Assembly (NCBI GenBank): GCA_018238625.1
Contig: JABCSY010000036.1
Coordinates: 1-36,401 of the forward strand
Source of the DNA: Promethearchaeota archaeon
GTDB lineage: Archaea; Asgardarchaeota; Lokiarchaeia; Sigyniarchaeales; SOKP01
Direction: 5' to 3'
DNA length: 36,401 nucleotides
Position 1 is the first letter of the stretch. Each line of letters opens with the position of its first letter. The notes under the pieces are model-generated. The model saw nothing but the letters and a program-made list of their open reading frames with translations, made no database searches and was not told the origin of the DNA. Shown here piece after piece: positions 18,780 to 28,049 of this stretch. A program made the position numbers and the translations under genes.

Positions 18780-18818
18780 AACTGAGCTAATGGCCCTGTA
18801 CTTAATTTATATTCTGTT

Positions 18819-18837
18819 TTTTTAAATACTTTTTTTA
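18819..18837 (-). promoter_or_regulatory. Putative BRE/TATA promoter of tRNA-Ile
   Basis: Minus strand reads AAAAAAAAGTATTTAAAAA; the TATA-like box ends about 23 nt before the tRNA 5' end. AT-rich background lowers specificity. Confidence 0.45.
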
Positions 18838-18987
18838 TTTTACTTATAATATAAAGTCAAAAAGCACAAAATAATAAAAATTTTTTTATTGGTGTGCTCC
18901 GTTATATTTATAATAGTTAAAATCAAAAAATGATATTATACATAATATTAAAAAAAATAACATATGGGTGAATAAATCATCGCAGAA

Positions 18988-19383
18988 ATGCTAACAGACC
19001 TTTTAAACTCAATCTACAAGCGAATTGCCCAACTTGGACAAGCAATTCAAGGATTGAAAACTTCTTTAGATGGGCTAAATCAAAATATTGAGCAAAAAAT
19101 CTCTAATCTAAATGAAAAGCTAAAAGAATTTTCAGAGGAAATTGAAGTAACAAAGGGCAAACATATTGATGTTTTGAAAGATATTGGAGAGAGTACAAAA
19201 ATTGAATTGGTGAAAATACAGGAAGGACTAGGATTAGATGCTCTTGAAACGCTCGTAAAAAATTTAGAAGAATTCGCAAAATTATCTGGGGAAGTACTTA
19301 ACCAAGATACAGTTAATTTGCTTCTTTCTGAAGCAATAAGTTCGGTAAAATCCATGAAACAATTATCTCCAAATAATGTATAG
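18988..19383 (+). CDS. Coiled-coil hypothetical protein
   Basis: Continuous heptads (I..L...I..L...L..L). Possible upstream ATC start at 18979. Confidence 0.75.
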   Translation: MLTDLLNSIYKRIAQLGQAIQGLKTSLDGLNQNIEQKISNLNEKLKEFSEEIEVTKGKHIDVLKDIGESTKIELVKIQEGLGLDALETLVKNLEEFAKLSGEVLNQDTVNLLLSEAISSVKSMKQLSPNNV

Positions 19384-19423
19384 TATAAATAATATTGTAT
19401 AATCGTAATGAGTTGGTAAAAAA

Positions 19424-19846
19424 ATGGCAGAAAAATTATTAGATAACATGATAATAAAAATAAATCAAATTACAACTTCGCTGGATGGCACAATCGCTCA
19501 GATCACTCAAATGAGCACCGCAATTCAGAATATGTCGCAAAAATTCTCTGAAGAAACAATTTCTATTAACGAGAATATCCGACTTATTGTGGAGGTACTT
19601 AAACAATTTCGCATGAAATCTAGTGAAAATATGCAAGAGATTTCAGATGATTTTAACGCTAAAATAAAAGAACTATATGAAAAAAAATCGATTGAATCTA
19701 TCACTGAAGAAGAAAAGAAAGCTATTGAAATAATAAGACAAGCTGCTAAAGCTGTTTCTAATAACCTCTATTACGCTCAATTATTAAATGTGATTCAATC
19801 TATAAGAGAAGAAACTAATAGGATTATTAGCTGTAAAGAACCTTAA
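19424..19846 (+). CDS. Coiled-coil hypothetical protein (possible paralog of the upstream gene)
   Basis: Heptad-rich; similar size and N-terminus to the upstream ORF (MAEKLLDNM vs AEMLTDLLNSI). Confidence 0.75.
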   Translation: MAEKLLDNMIIKINQITTSLDGTIAQITQMSTAIQNMSQKFSEETISINENIRLIVEVLKQFRMKSSENMQEISDDFNAKIKELYEKKSIESITEEEKKAIEIIRQAAKAVSNNLYYAQLLNVIQSIREETNRIISCKEP

Positions 19847-19914
19847 AGCATCTAGTTTTTTTATGATAAAACTTTATTTATATCATCAACAAAGAGAAAA
19901 AGGAGTTAAATTTT

Positions 19915-20814
19915 ATGCCAAAAGGAAGTTTTGTGATATTAAACCCAATTGATGCCGATTATAGAGTATTAGGTTACTATAATAAATCTAAATCCGATTT
20001 TGAAATCACTAACGATTTATTTCTACGGCTTAATTTAGATCATTCTAAAGACGAGTACAACCTGTTGAAATTAAAAGAAAATCAAATTTTTTCTTATGTT
20101 TATAAATTTAAAGGAAAATTAGCTCGAAAGGCTTCTGGGATTATTATTGGATTATTGTTAAATGAAAAAGATAAACCTGAGAAATTCAGATCTGCTCTTA
20201 AGGAAGGAGCTGAAGCAATTGAAGTTTTAGGGTTAAGCTTTTTAAAAATGAATTCAGAAGAATTTGAACCGCTCTTAAAAGATATTTATCTAGAACACCT
20301 CGAACCACTAATCGACACCCTAAAACCAGATGCTTTGAAAGATAGCGTTATTACTATAACCAAATTTATGTTGAGCGGTGGGAAACAAGAAAGAAAAATT
20401 GCTCAAGAATTATTAAAAAAAATTGAAGACGGAGAACACGAAAAAATCTCGGAGTACTATAATACGGCGGATAGTGCCTTGAAGGCTTTAGATTACGAAA
20501 AAGCCGCGAAATTCTTCAAAAAAGCTTCTGAAATTGCTGAAGAATTATATGTTATTGACATTGCTGAATCTTTAAAGGAGAAAGCTACTTTTTCGGAAGA
20601 TGTTCCCGATGTATCAAAAGCAAGGGATAAACTTGTTCAAGAAGCAAGAAATTTTCTCAGGAACGAAAATTTTCATTCAGCTTATATTTCTTATAAAAAA
20701 GCAAGCGAACTTTCTAAGAAATTAGTTGATTTTAATAAAGAAGAAGAGTATCGTTTGAAGTCAAAAGCTCTTGAGGCTTTTGCCTCAATTGATGAGGAAT
20801 ATAAAAAAAAATGA
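19915..20814 (+). CDS. Hypothetical protein, longin-like N-terminus + TPR/MIT-like helical repeats
   Basis: N-terminal beta-beta-alpha-beta-beta-beta-alpha pattern; repeats YEKAAKFFKKASEIAEEL and FHSAYISYKKASELSKKL. GGAG SD. Confidence 0.6.
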   Translation: MPKGSFVILNPIDADYRVLGYYNKSKSDFEITNDLFLRLNLDHSKDEYNLLKLKENQIFSYVYKFKGKLARKASGIIIGLLLNEKDKPEKFRSALKEGAEAIEVLGLSFLKMNSEEFEPLLKDIYLEHLEPLIDTLKPDALKDSVITITKFMLSGGKQERKIAQELLKKIEDGEHEKISEYYNTADSALKALDYEKAAKFFKKASEIAEELYVIDIAESLKEKATFSEDVPDVSKARDKLVQEARNFLRNENFHSAYISYKKASELSKKLVDFNKEEEYRLKSKALEAFASIDEEYKKK

Positions 20815-20854
20815 TTTAATCGTTTTTCAATTTCTTCCCTAAAGTTTCTATAAA

Positions 20855-21688
20855 ATGGCAAAATTGGATAAAAAGATTATTGGATTAATTACTGATTTTG
20901 GATCGAAAGGACTTCATTATGTCTCTAGTATGAAAGGAGTAATATTAAAAATTAATCCTAAAGTAAAAATTATTGATATTTCTCATAATATCGCTCCATT
21001 CTCAATTATAGAAACCTCCTATGTTGTTAAAACAACGCATAAATTTTATCCTGAAAATACTGTTTTTATTATTGTAGTTGATCCTGGAGTGGGTAGTTCT
21101 CGAAAGATTTTAGCAATTAAAACTGCTAATAATCAATTTTTTGTTGGACCGGATAATGGCATATTTAATAATGTGTTTTCTCCAGCCGATATTGTTGAAT
21201 GTGTATCTGTTGAAAATCAAAATTATTTCTTTAAACCTATCTCAAAAATATTTCACGGAAGAGACATAATGGCACCAGTCGGAGCCTACATCACTAAAAA
21301 CGTCCCATTAAATAATTTTGGTCCTTCTTTTAATCCGTCAAAATTTGTGAAATACCCTCTCAAGTACGAAATTTCTCCAAAAAATAAAAAAATAACTTGT
21401 GTTATTCAATATATAGATACTTTTGGTAATGGAACAACAAACATCCCCTTTCAAGAAGATAGGATATTGGGAACTTCAATAATTTTAGAGCACGGTAAAG
21501 AAATTGTCATGTTATATAAAAATCAAGAATATCGTGGGAAATTTACATCCCATTTTGAATCGGTGCCACCAAAATCAATACTTTTCGTTAAAGGTTCATC
21601 TGACTATCTCGAAGTTTCGATAAATCTAGGGAACGCAGCTAAAGAAATAGGAATTGAATTGGGAGACGAAATTTCATTTAGTTTTTAA
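20855..21688 (+). CDS. SAM hydroxide adenosyltransferase / chlorinase-fluorinase family (DUF62)
   Basis: LITDFG, MKGVI, VVDPGVGSSR, VGPDNG, FHGRDIMAP, IDTFGN, LEVSINLGNAA. Confidence 0.93.
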   Translation: MAKLDKKIIGLITDFGSKGLHYVSSMKGVILKINPKVKIIDISHNIAPFSIIETSYVVKTTHKFYPENTVFIIVVDPGVGSSRKILAIKTANNQFFVGPDNGIFNNVFSPADIVECVSVENQNYFFKPISKIFHGRDIMAPVGAYITKNVPLNNFGPSFNPSKFVKYPLKYEISPKNKKITCVIQYIDTFGNGTTNIPFQEDRILGTSIILEHGKEIVMLYKNQEYRGKFTSHFESVPPKSILFVKGSSDYLEVSINLGNAAKEIGIELGDEISFSF

Positions 21689-21702
21689 AAAAGGCTTTGA
21701 AT

Positions 21703-22848
21703 ATGGAAAAAGAAATCTTGGCATGTATCGCGGATAATAATATTAGATTTTTGCACTCAGGACAAACCGCAAAATACATCTTTCCCGTAGAAAGGGAAGA
21801 GGCTCACGAAAAGAAAATTAGTCATTTAATAACACGTATTTTTGTAGTATCTATTACTCCTGACAAAAAAATACTTTATCTTGTTCAAAAACGCGGTAAA
21901 AATAAAAAAGAATTTCCCGAATACTTTACAGACTCAGCCTCGGGACATGTTTTGTATAAAAGGAATTTAACTCTGAATGATATTGAAGAAGAAGCAAAGA
22001 GAGAGCTCGAAGAGGAGTTTGGTATACCTCCGAAAGCGATTGAAAAACTATTATTTTACGATTTAAATATAGAGGAATATAAGAATACAACTGAAATTGC
22101 GTATGTATTTTTAGGACTAGTTAAAAATAATGTGCAGCTAAAACCCAATCCAAACGAATTACAAATCAGCGAAAGTCGTTTCTACACTCAGTCTGAATTG
22201 GCAAAACTCTTACAGAATAAAAAATCAGTTGATTATTCAAAAATAATATGGAAAAAGCTATTTAACATTGACTTAGTTAAAAAATTTAAGGTCAATAATA
22301 ATAAAACTAAATTAACGGATTCGAAAAGAAATGTTGCGTTATTTATTGGAAGATTTCAACCATTACATCACGGTCATATTTATGTGCTCAATAAAATATT
22401 TAAAGGCTATAAAAAAATTAAAATAGGAATAGGGAGTGCTCAATTATCTAAAACTAAAACAGATCCCTTTACTAGTGAAGAAAGAGTAAGTTTCATAAAT
22501 TCTGCCTTAAAAGCGAGAAATATTAACCCAGATAAATTCGAAATATTTGCAATTCCCGATATTTTTAACGCAAACAAATGGGTAGACCACGTTATTTCAA
22601 TAGTTGGTAATTTTGATGCGATATATTCCAATAGTGATTGGGTTCGACAACTTTTTCAAAATAAGGGATTTATTGTAGGAGAGAAATTAGAAATTTTTAA
22701 GAAAAAATATAACGCGACAAATGTAAGAAAACTAATAAGCAAAGAGAATAGAAATTGGACGGTGTTAGTGCCTAAGGAAGTTGTAAATTTAATAAAAGGT
22801 TACGATGGTATTCAACGTATAAAATCATTGTATGAAAAAGGAGATTGA
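21703..22848 (+). CDS. nadM: Nudix (IDI-like) / nicotinamide-nucleotide adenylyltransferase fusion
   Basis: N-terminal REEAH...LVQKR...SASGH...AKRELEEEFG; C-terminal FIGRFQPLHHGH, IGSAQ, DPFT..ER, NATNVR. Confidence 0.88.
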   Translation: MEKEILACIADNNIRFLHSGQTAKYIFPVEREEAHEKKISHLITRIFVVSITPDKKILYLVQKRGKNKKEFPEYFTDSASGHVLYKRNLTLNDIEEEAKRELEEEFGIPPKAIEKLLFYDLNIEEYKNTTEIAYVFLGLVKNNVQLKPNPNELQISESRFYTQSELAKLLQNKKSVDYSKIIWKKLFNIDLVKKFKVNNNKTKLTDSKRNVALFIGRFQPLHHGHIYVLNKIFKGYKKIKIGIGSAQLSKTKTDPFTSEERVSFINSALKARNINPDKFEIFAIPDIFNANKWVDHVISIVGNFDAIYSNSDWVRQLFQNKGFIVGEKLEIFKKKYNATNVRKLISKENRNWTVLVPKEVVNLIKGYDGIQRIKSLYEKGD

Positions 22849-23918
22849 ATTTGAATAGAAGCGACTTTTTAGAAATAGATGGTTCCTTTGGAGAAGGCGG
22901 CGGAGCAATCCTACGTCTTAGTGCGGGATATTCGGTTCTATTTAACCAACCACTGAGAATAAAAAACATTCGTGCAAATCGCCCTAAACCCGGTTTAAGA
23001 TTACAACACTTACTAGGTCTTAAAGCCCTTGCTAATCTAACCAATAGTAAATTAAGCAATTGCAATGTTGGAACTGAGGAAATTACTTTTATTCCTAATA
23101 TTAAATCTTTAAAAAGTAAAATACACATAAAAATCAATACGGCGGCAAGCATAGGGCTATTACTCCAACCAATTCAAATTGCGTGTTTAAGACTAGTTAA
23201 ACAGGATAAAATTAATATAACACTCGAAGGAGGCGGTACTTTTGGAAAATGGGCACCTAGCTTAAATTACCTTACTAATGTTATCTATCAAATATTTAAA
23301 AGATCTGGATTGACAATTAATGTAGAAATTAAAAAATTTGGATTTTATCCTAAGGGAGGAGCTCAGACTAACTGTACGATAATTCCTCCAAAAAATACAC
23401 TTAAACCTATCAACCTTACTAATTTAGGGAATGTTGATCTAATCAAAGGGGAAATCGTTCTAACAAATCATTTAAAACGTAATGGAAACAACATTGCTAA
23501 TCGAATTAAGAAATCTATTAATATGGAAATAAAAAATACTTTAGGGATCGAAACAGACATCAAAGATGTTTGGGTAAATTCATTGAGTCCAGGAGTTGGC
23601 CTTTGTTTGTGGGCTTGTTCTAACACCGGAGCAATAATATCAACAGGCACTATTTTAGGGGAAAAAAGACTTTCATCAGAAAAATTAGGTTATATTGCTG
23701 CTAAAAAAATGATTAAATACATTCAAAACGAAATTCCTGTTGATAATTACCTTAGCGATCAATTAATTCCATTAATGGCTTATGTTAAAGACCCATCAAG
23801 TATAAAAGTAGTTGAAATTACAAGTCACACTCGAACTAATTTAGAATTAATTAAACTATTTACAGATAAAAGCTATAAAATTTTAAAATATGATAACCAT
23901 TATTTAATTCAATACTAG
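22845..23918 (+). CDS. rtcA: RNA 3'-terminal phosphate cyclase
   Basis: IDGSFGEGGGAILR, NIRANRPKPGLRLQHL, GFYPKGG, VDNYLSDQLI, ITSHTRTN (catalytic His). Confidence 0.95.
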   Translation: MNLNRSDFLEIDGSFGEGGGAILRLSAGYSVLFNQPLRIKNIRANRPKPGLRLQHLLGLKALANLTNSKLSNCNVGTEEITFIPNIKSLKSKIHIKINTAASIGLLLQPIQIACLRLVKQDKINITLEGGGTFGKWAPSLNYLTNVIYQIFKRSGLTINVEIKKFGFYPKGGAQTNCTIIPPKNTLKPINLTNLGNVDLIKGEIVLTNHLKRNGNNIANRIKKSINMEIKNTLGIETDIKDVWVNSLSPGVGLCLWACSNTGAIISTGTILGEKRLSSEKLGYIAAKKMIKYIQNEIPVDNYLSDQLIPLMAYVKDPSSIKVVEITSHTRTNLELIKLFTDKSYKILKYDNHYLIQY

Positions 23919-24080
23919 TCAGATTTATTTTTTGTATTTGTACTTTTACGAAATTCTATAAATTAAGCTAATGTTAACTTTTTAATACCTTTAAATTCAA
24001 AAAAAATGCTCTCATTAAAGAAATTTTTAAATGATTACAATTATATGATAAATATAAAAATTAGAAAGTACTAAATAACC

Positions 24081-24995
24081 ATGTCAACAAACGTATCTAA
24101 TAGATGTCCTAGATGTGGCAACTATAATCGAATCGACTCTTTCACATGTGCTTTTTGTGGTAAACGACTTAGAAGTGAAAGGATAGAAAAATTTTCTATA
24201 TTTAAACGTATAGAAGATGAATTCATTTCTCCTGCCCCGTGGTATGTTACAATACTTTGGTTGTTTACTAAGCCAAATATAGCTTTTTGGAACATAAACC
24301 ATAAGAGGAAAAAAGCTCCAGGATATTTAATTTTATTATTTAATTCACTCATTTATGGACTTATGGGTTTAGCCTTTTTTTCACACATTAATATTCAAGC
24401 GATCCCGCCTTTTAGCCTTGGTGGCTTTATTATGGATTTAGCCGCTTTTATCGCCTTTTTTGCCTTTGGCTTTATGTTTTATTTTATTTTTGGGCTAATA
24501 TTGATATGGTTTTTTACTAAAGGGGCAAATGTTGCCGTCGATTTTTCAGAAAGGTTAGAAGTGCGTTTTGGAAAAAAGAAAGAAGGAAAAGAAAAATACA
24601 GCCAAGCTGAGATGAGTCCTTTCAGCATCTATAAAGGAGGAACTTTGCACCAACAACAAGCGTCAAAATTTAAAATGATGTTGTGTGCGTTTGCACCCTA
24701 TATATTAATAAATGGTATTGAGATTTTAATAATCTTAATTGGTATCCCAAATATTACTATTCCTAATCTTTTATTTGATCCCAATTTACTCAATCCTATG
24801 TTTGCGTCCCCAATTTGGACGGTGCTTCATCTTATTGACGCTTTAACGATTGCCGTTTGGGTTCCTATATTAATTACCCTTGCTATTAGAGAATTATCCA
24901 ACTCATCCACTTTTCGCGTGTTCATCTCGTCATTAATAATAGGGATATTAGTAGCTGTATTTTATTATTTCTTACGCCCTACATTTATAATATAG
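24081..24995 (+). CDS. Zinc-ribbon + Yip1-like multi-pass membrane protein
   Basis: CPRCG...CAFCG, then LFTKPNIAFW (Yip1-like P..AF motif) and about 5 TM helices. Confidence 0.65.
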   Translation: MSTNVSNRCPRCGNYNRIDSFTCAFCGKRLRSERIEKFSIFKRIEDEFISPAPWYVTILWLFTKPNIAFWNINHKRKKAPGYLILLFNSLIYGLMGLAFFSHINIQAIPPFSLGGFIMDLAAFIAFFAFGFMFYFIFGLILIWFFTKGANVAVDFSERLEVRFGKKKEGKEKYSQAEMSPFSIYKGGTLHQQQASKFKMMLCAFAPYILINGIEILIILIGIPNITIPNLLFDPNLLNPMFASPIWTVLHLIDALTIAVWVPILITLAIRELSNSSTFRVFISSLIIGILVAVFYYFLRPTFII

Positions 24996-25019
24996 CATTA
25001 CAATACTAACCTTTGAGAA

Positions 25020-25646
25020 ATGACAAATCGTAAAAAAAACTCCATTGTAATTAAATCTGAGCTTGAATCTGAAATATTTGCAACAGTAAATACAATACTT
25101 AATTTAAATCAAAAATATCAAAAAGGTATTTTAAAAGAAATATTTTTCCAAAGATCGATCAAGAGCGCTACGAACGATTTATTGGAGCTTAACTTATCGC
25201 TAAATAAGCATAATATAGTCCTTTCAAAAACATTGAATCACATGAATTTTACTGACGATTATTATAAGGCTATTGACATTATCAACAAAATGTCTTCTCT
25301 TAGCTTTTCTAATAGTCAATTCTCGGAAACAATTAGTTCTTCTATTCTTGAAATTCCAGGGATCAGTTCGGAAATTACAGCTTCTTTTATAACGCTAATA
25401 GACGCGCTAAAATTAGATGGTTTTGATAATACCGAACTAATTTTTGGACTTTTTAAAGATTTGAAGAAAAATTTTGATAGGTTTCCCGGTTTAGAATTAG
25501 ACAAGATAAAATTAGAAAAAATCTTCGAAGAAGTCTTACAAAACGAAGAAAAAATTGTTAATAACAAAAATTATAGAGATTCCCTAGCAGATGATTTGTA
25601 TGCTGTGTTTAATTTTTTTCAAAAAAAATTGAATCTTGGGAAGTAG
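25020..25646 (+). CDS. vps28: Vps28-like protein (ESCRT-I subunit homolog)
   Basis: ISSEITASFITLIDALKL matches the Vps28 C-terminal FITxMDALKL motif; SEIFATVNTI...KYQKG resembles the Vps28 N-terminal hairpin; C-terminal LADDL..VFNFF. Confidence 0.75.
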   Translation: MTNRKKNSIVIKSELESEIFATVNTILNLNQKYQKGILKEIFFQRSIKSATNDLLELNLSLNKHNIVLSKTLNHMNFTDDYYKAIDIINKMSSLSFSNSQFSETISSSILEIPGISSEITASFITLIDALKLDGFDNTELIFGLFKDLKKNFDRFPGLELDKIKLEKIFEEVLQNEEKIVNNKNYRDSLADDLYAVFNFFQKKLNLGK

Positions 25647-25739
25647 CTAAAATAATAAAATTAATTAACTTTTCATGCTTTAAAACCATATCAATAAACA
25701 CTTCAAATTGAATAAATTGAAAAATTAAAGGTAATCTTC

Positions 25740-26015
25740 TTGCCAAGACCGGGTTTAAGATCTAAGGCTCAAAAACGAAAAAAGCTGAAAACTCCTGGAA
25801 ATCAGAGTGTTTCTCATTATTGGAGAAAAAAACCTAGTAAAGCTCAATGTGCTATTTGCAAAAAATCGCTTCAAGCTATACCAAGATTAAGACCAGCGAA
25901 AATGAAAAAAACAAGTAGGGTTTCCAGAAGAGCAAATCGACCAGAAAGCGGAAGGTACTGTGCTAAATGTTTGCAAACCTTATTAAAAGAATCTGTGTGG
26001 CAATCAGAAGCTTAA
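25740..26015 (+). CDS. rpl34e: 50S ribosomal protein eL34
   Basis: MPRPGLRS...KTPG...KPSKAQCAICKKSL...RANRPESGRYCAKC; TTG start. Confidence 0.95.
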   Translation: MPRPGLRSKAQKRKKLKTPGNQSVSHYWRKKPSKAQCAICKKSLQAIPRLRPAKMKKTSRVSRRANRPESGRYCAKCLQTLLKESVWQSEA

Positions 26016-26099
26016 TCCGATCTTGGAATTTCAAAAATATTAAATAATTTCTGGTTTTAATTTCTTTTATACCTAAATTCAATTTTGAGAAATGAAAAA

Positions 26100-26636
26100 A
26101 TGATAATTACGATATCTGGGCTTCATGGAACAGGAAAGAGCGAGATTGCTAAATTAATAGCAGATCGCCTTGGAATTCTCTATTATTCAACGGGACAAAT
26201 GTTTCGAGATCTTGCAAAAGAAAAAAACATGACTTTAGAAGAATATACGAATTATGTTGAACATCATCCTGATATTGACAAAGAATTGGATAATAAAGTT
26301 GTTAACATAGCAAAGAAAGGTAATATTATTATTGATAGCCAATTAAGCGGATATATTCTCAAATCCATAGCAGATTTTAGAATACACTTAACTTGTCCAT
26401 TAGAATTACGTGTTAAAAGGATGTCAGAGAGAGACAAAACATCATTGGAAAAAAAACTAAAAGAAACAACTTTAAGGGAAAAATCTGAATTGGAACGCTT
26501 CAAAAAACTCTACAACATTGATATAAGCGATAAAAATTTGATTATCGAAATTTTTGATTTAGTTATTAACACAGAAAATTTATCTATTGAAGAAGTCTTA
26601 GATAAAATCCTGTCTGAGATAAAAAATCTTTATTAA
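26100..26636 (+). CDS. cmk: Cytidylate kinase (archaeal type)
   Basis: ITISGLHGTGKS, STGQMFR, DIDKELD, FDLVINT; conserved eL34-cmk-eL14 order. Confidence 0.92.
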   Translation: MIITISGLHGTGKSEIAKLIADRLGILYYSTGQMFRDLAKEKNMTLEEYTNYVEHHPDIDKELDNKVVNIAKKGNIIIDSQLSGYILKSIADFRIHLTCPLELRVKRMSERDKTSLEKKLKETTLREKSELERFKKLYNIDISDKNLIIEIFDLVINTENLSIEEVLDKILSEIKNLY

Positions 26637-26772
26637 ACTTTTTCTACTACAAAATCATAAAAAATTTATAATTGAAATTATTCCTTAATTTACGATAGAT
26701 CGTTTATCTTTTCTGAAAATTAAAAAATTCAGTAATGATAAATTTATTTAAATTAATTTGGTGACGAATTAA

Positions 26773-27045
26773 ATGAGTGTATATGACATAGGACGCGTTT
26801 GCGTTAAAACTATGGGAAGGGAAGCGGGAAAATATTGCGTTGTCGTCGATATCATCGATAAGAATTATATTCTAGTTGATGGTTTGGGAATTCGCCGAAG
26901 AAGGGTTAATTACAGGCATATTGAACCGATAGCAGACACGATTGAAATCAAAAAAGGTGCTTCACATGAGAATGTCGAAACTGCTATTAAAAAAGCAAAA
27001 TTAGAAAAAAAAATGAAAGAAACCGTTTCCATTCCTACAAAATAA
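26773..27045 (+). CDS. rpl14e: 50S ribosomal protein eL14
   Basis: DIGRVCVKTMGREAGKYCVVVDIIDKNYILVDG...RRRVNYRHIEP. Confidence 0.96.
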   Translation: MSVYDIGRVCVKTMGREAGKYCVVVDIIDKNYILVDGLGIRRRRVNYRHIEPIADTIEIKKGASHENVETAIKKAKLEKKMKETVSIPTK

Positions 27046-27117
27046 TTAATTAACTTCTAAAAATCTATAAATATTGCTGAGCGCCGCCATTGTGCGTCGT
27101 AAGCGCTAATTTTTTTT

Positions 27118-27220
27118 GCAGACATTGCCTAGCCTGGTACGGCGCCGGCTTGGAGCGTAAAAACTGTCCCAGAAAGCCGGTGTGTGAAAGCATCCGAGGG
27201 TTCGAATCCCTCTGTCTGCG
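27118..27220 (+). tRNA. tRNA-Ser (anticodon GGA) with 19-nt canonical intron (27156-27174)
   Basis: GCAGACA/TGTCTGC acceptor, G73; CCGGC/GCCGG anticodon stem; long variable arm; GAGGG TTCGAAT CCCTC; BHB TTGG/CCAG with AG|C and AA|A. Confidence 0.93.
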
Positions 27221-27277
27221 CTTTATTACTTATAGAAATAAGAAAAGTTATAGAATCAAAAAAACTCTTTTATTAAT

Positions 27278-27952
27278 TTAAACTTTAGGAAATTCCAAAG
27301 ATTTAGCTTTGCCACCACCCATCATCTGCTCCATCCCTCCCGAAGCTTGTGTTTGTAATTTAAAAACTCTTTGAATAAGCGTGCTCACACCAAAACTACA
27401 TAGAAAATACCAAGCAGTAAAATTTATCCATCCTGCTTCTAATCCAAGTGTTCTGGCAGCACCGTAAACAAGAGCGGTCCAAGGATATATTGTGCCACCT
27501 GTAAACCCCGCCATCATGTTGCCTATGTATAATACATCGTTAGCATTCATTGGAGACAACGCAACGGGGTTATTTTCGAAAACTCCTCTTACTACTGTAA
27601 ATAAGATTATCATTGGAAGGAATGTTATGCAACTGGGCAACATACGCCTTAAAGCCATTTTTTGCTGTGATTGTTTTAACATCGAATCCAATCTTTCCCA
27701 CCTCTTTCTTAACTTGTTATATTTTTCTGGGTCCGTTTCAGCTAATTCAATGATTTTTGCTTTTTCTTCGTCGTGAGCCTTTGATATAACTTGTTTTCTA
27801 TTAATTTCATCAGTATCAATTAACCATTTAGTTAGTCCAGTACTAATTATTGCCGATATGGAAGCCATTAATAGTATAAAAATCATGGCCCCCGGCGGGT
27901 AGCTAATCCAATCTAAAAAAGCATTTGATTCTTGTAATAATAAGAAAAGCAT
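27278..27952 (-). CDS. DUF106 / EMC3-TMCO1 family (Oxa1 superfamily) membrane insertase
   Basis: TM, cytosolic coiled coil, ITFLPMII, then NFTAWYFLCS; downstream of secY as is usual in archaea. Confidence 0.88.
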   Translation of the reverse strand: MLFLLLQESNAFLDWISYPPGAMIFILLMASISAIISTGLTKWLIDTDEINRKQVISKAHDEEKAKIIELAETDPEKYNKLRKRWERLDSMLKQSQQKMALRRMLPSCITFLPMIILFTVVRGVFENNPVALSPMNANDVLYIGNMMAGFTGGTIYPWTALVYGAARTLGLEAGWINFTAWYFLCSFGVSTLIQRVFKLQTQASGGMEQMMGGGKAKSLEFPKV

Positions 27953-28049
27953 AGTTATATTGAATTAATCTTAATAATTTTTTAAACTTTTCAGATTAAA
28001 ATTTTTTATTAGAAAAATGTGCTACCATTTCTTTAGGACATGATTCTCT

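Larger units (their letters stand above)
18617..18796 (-). tRNA. tRNA-Ile (anticodon TAT, 18704-18702) with three BHB introns
   Basis: Spliced sequence GGGCCAT TA GCTC AGTTTGGTTA AAGC G CAGGT CTTATAA GCCTG AGATC CGGGG TTCAAAT CCCCG ATGGCCC A; cloverleaf with a C13.A22 mismatch and A73. Confidence 0.9.

Noticed and set aside
27090-27281. 63-aa ORF in the track
   Set aside because: It overlaps the tRNA-Ser gene entirely; spurious.
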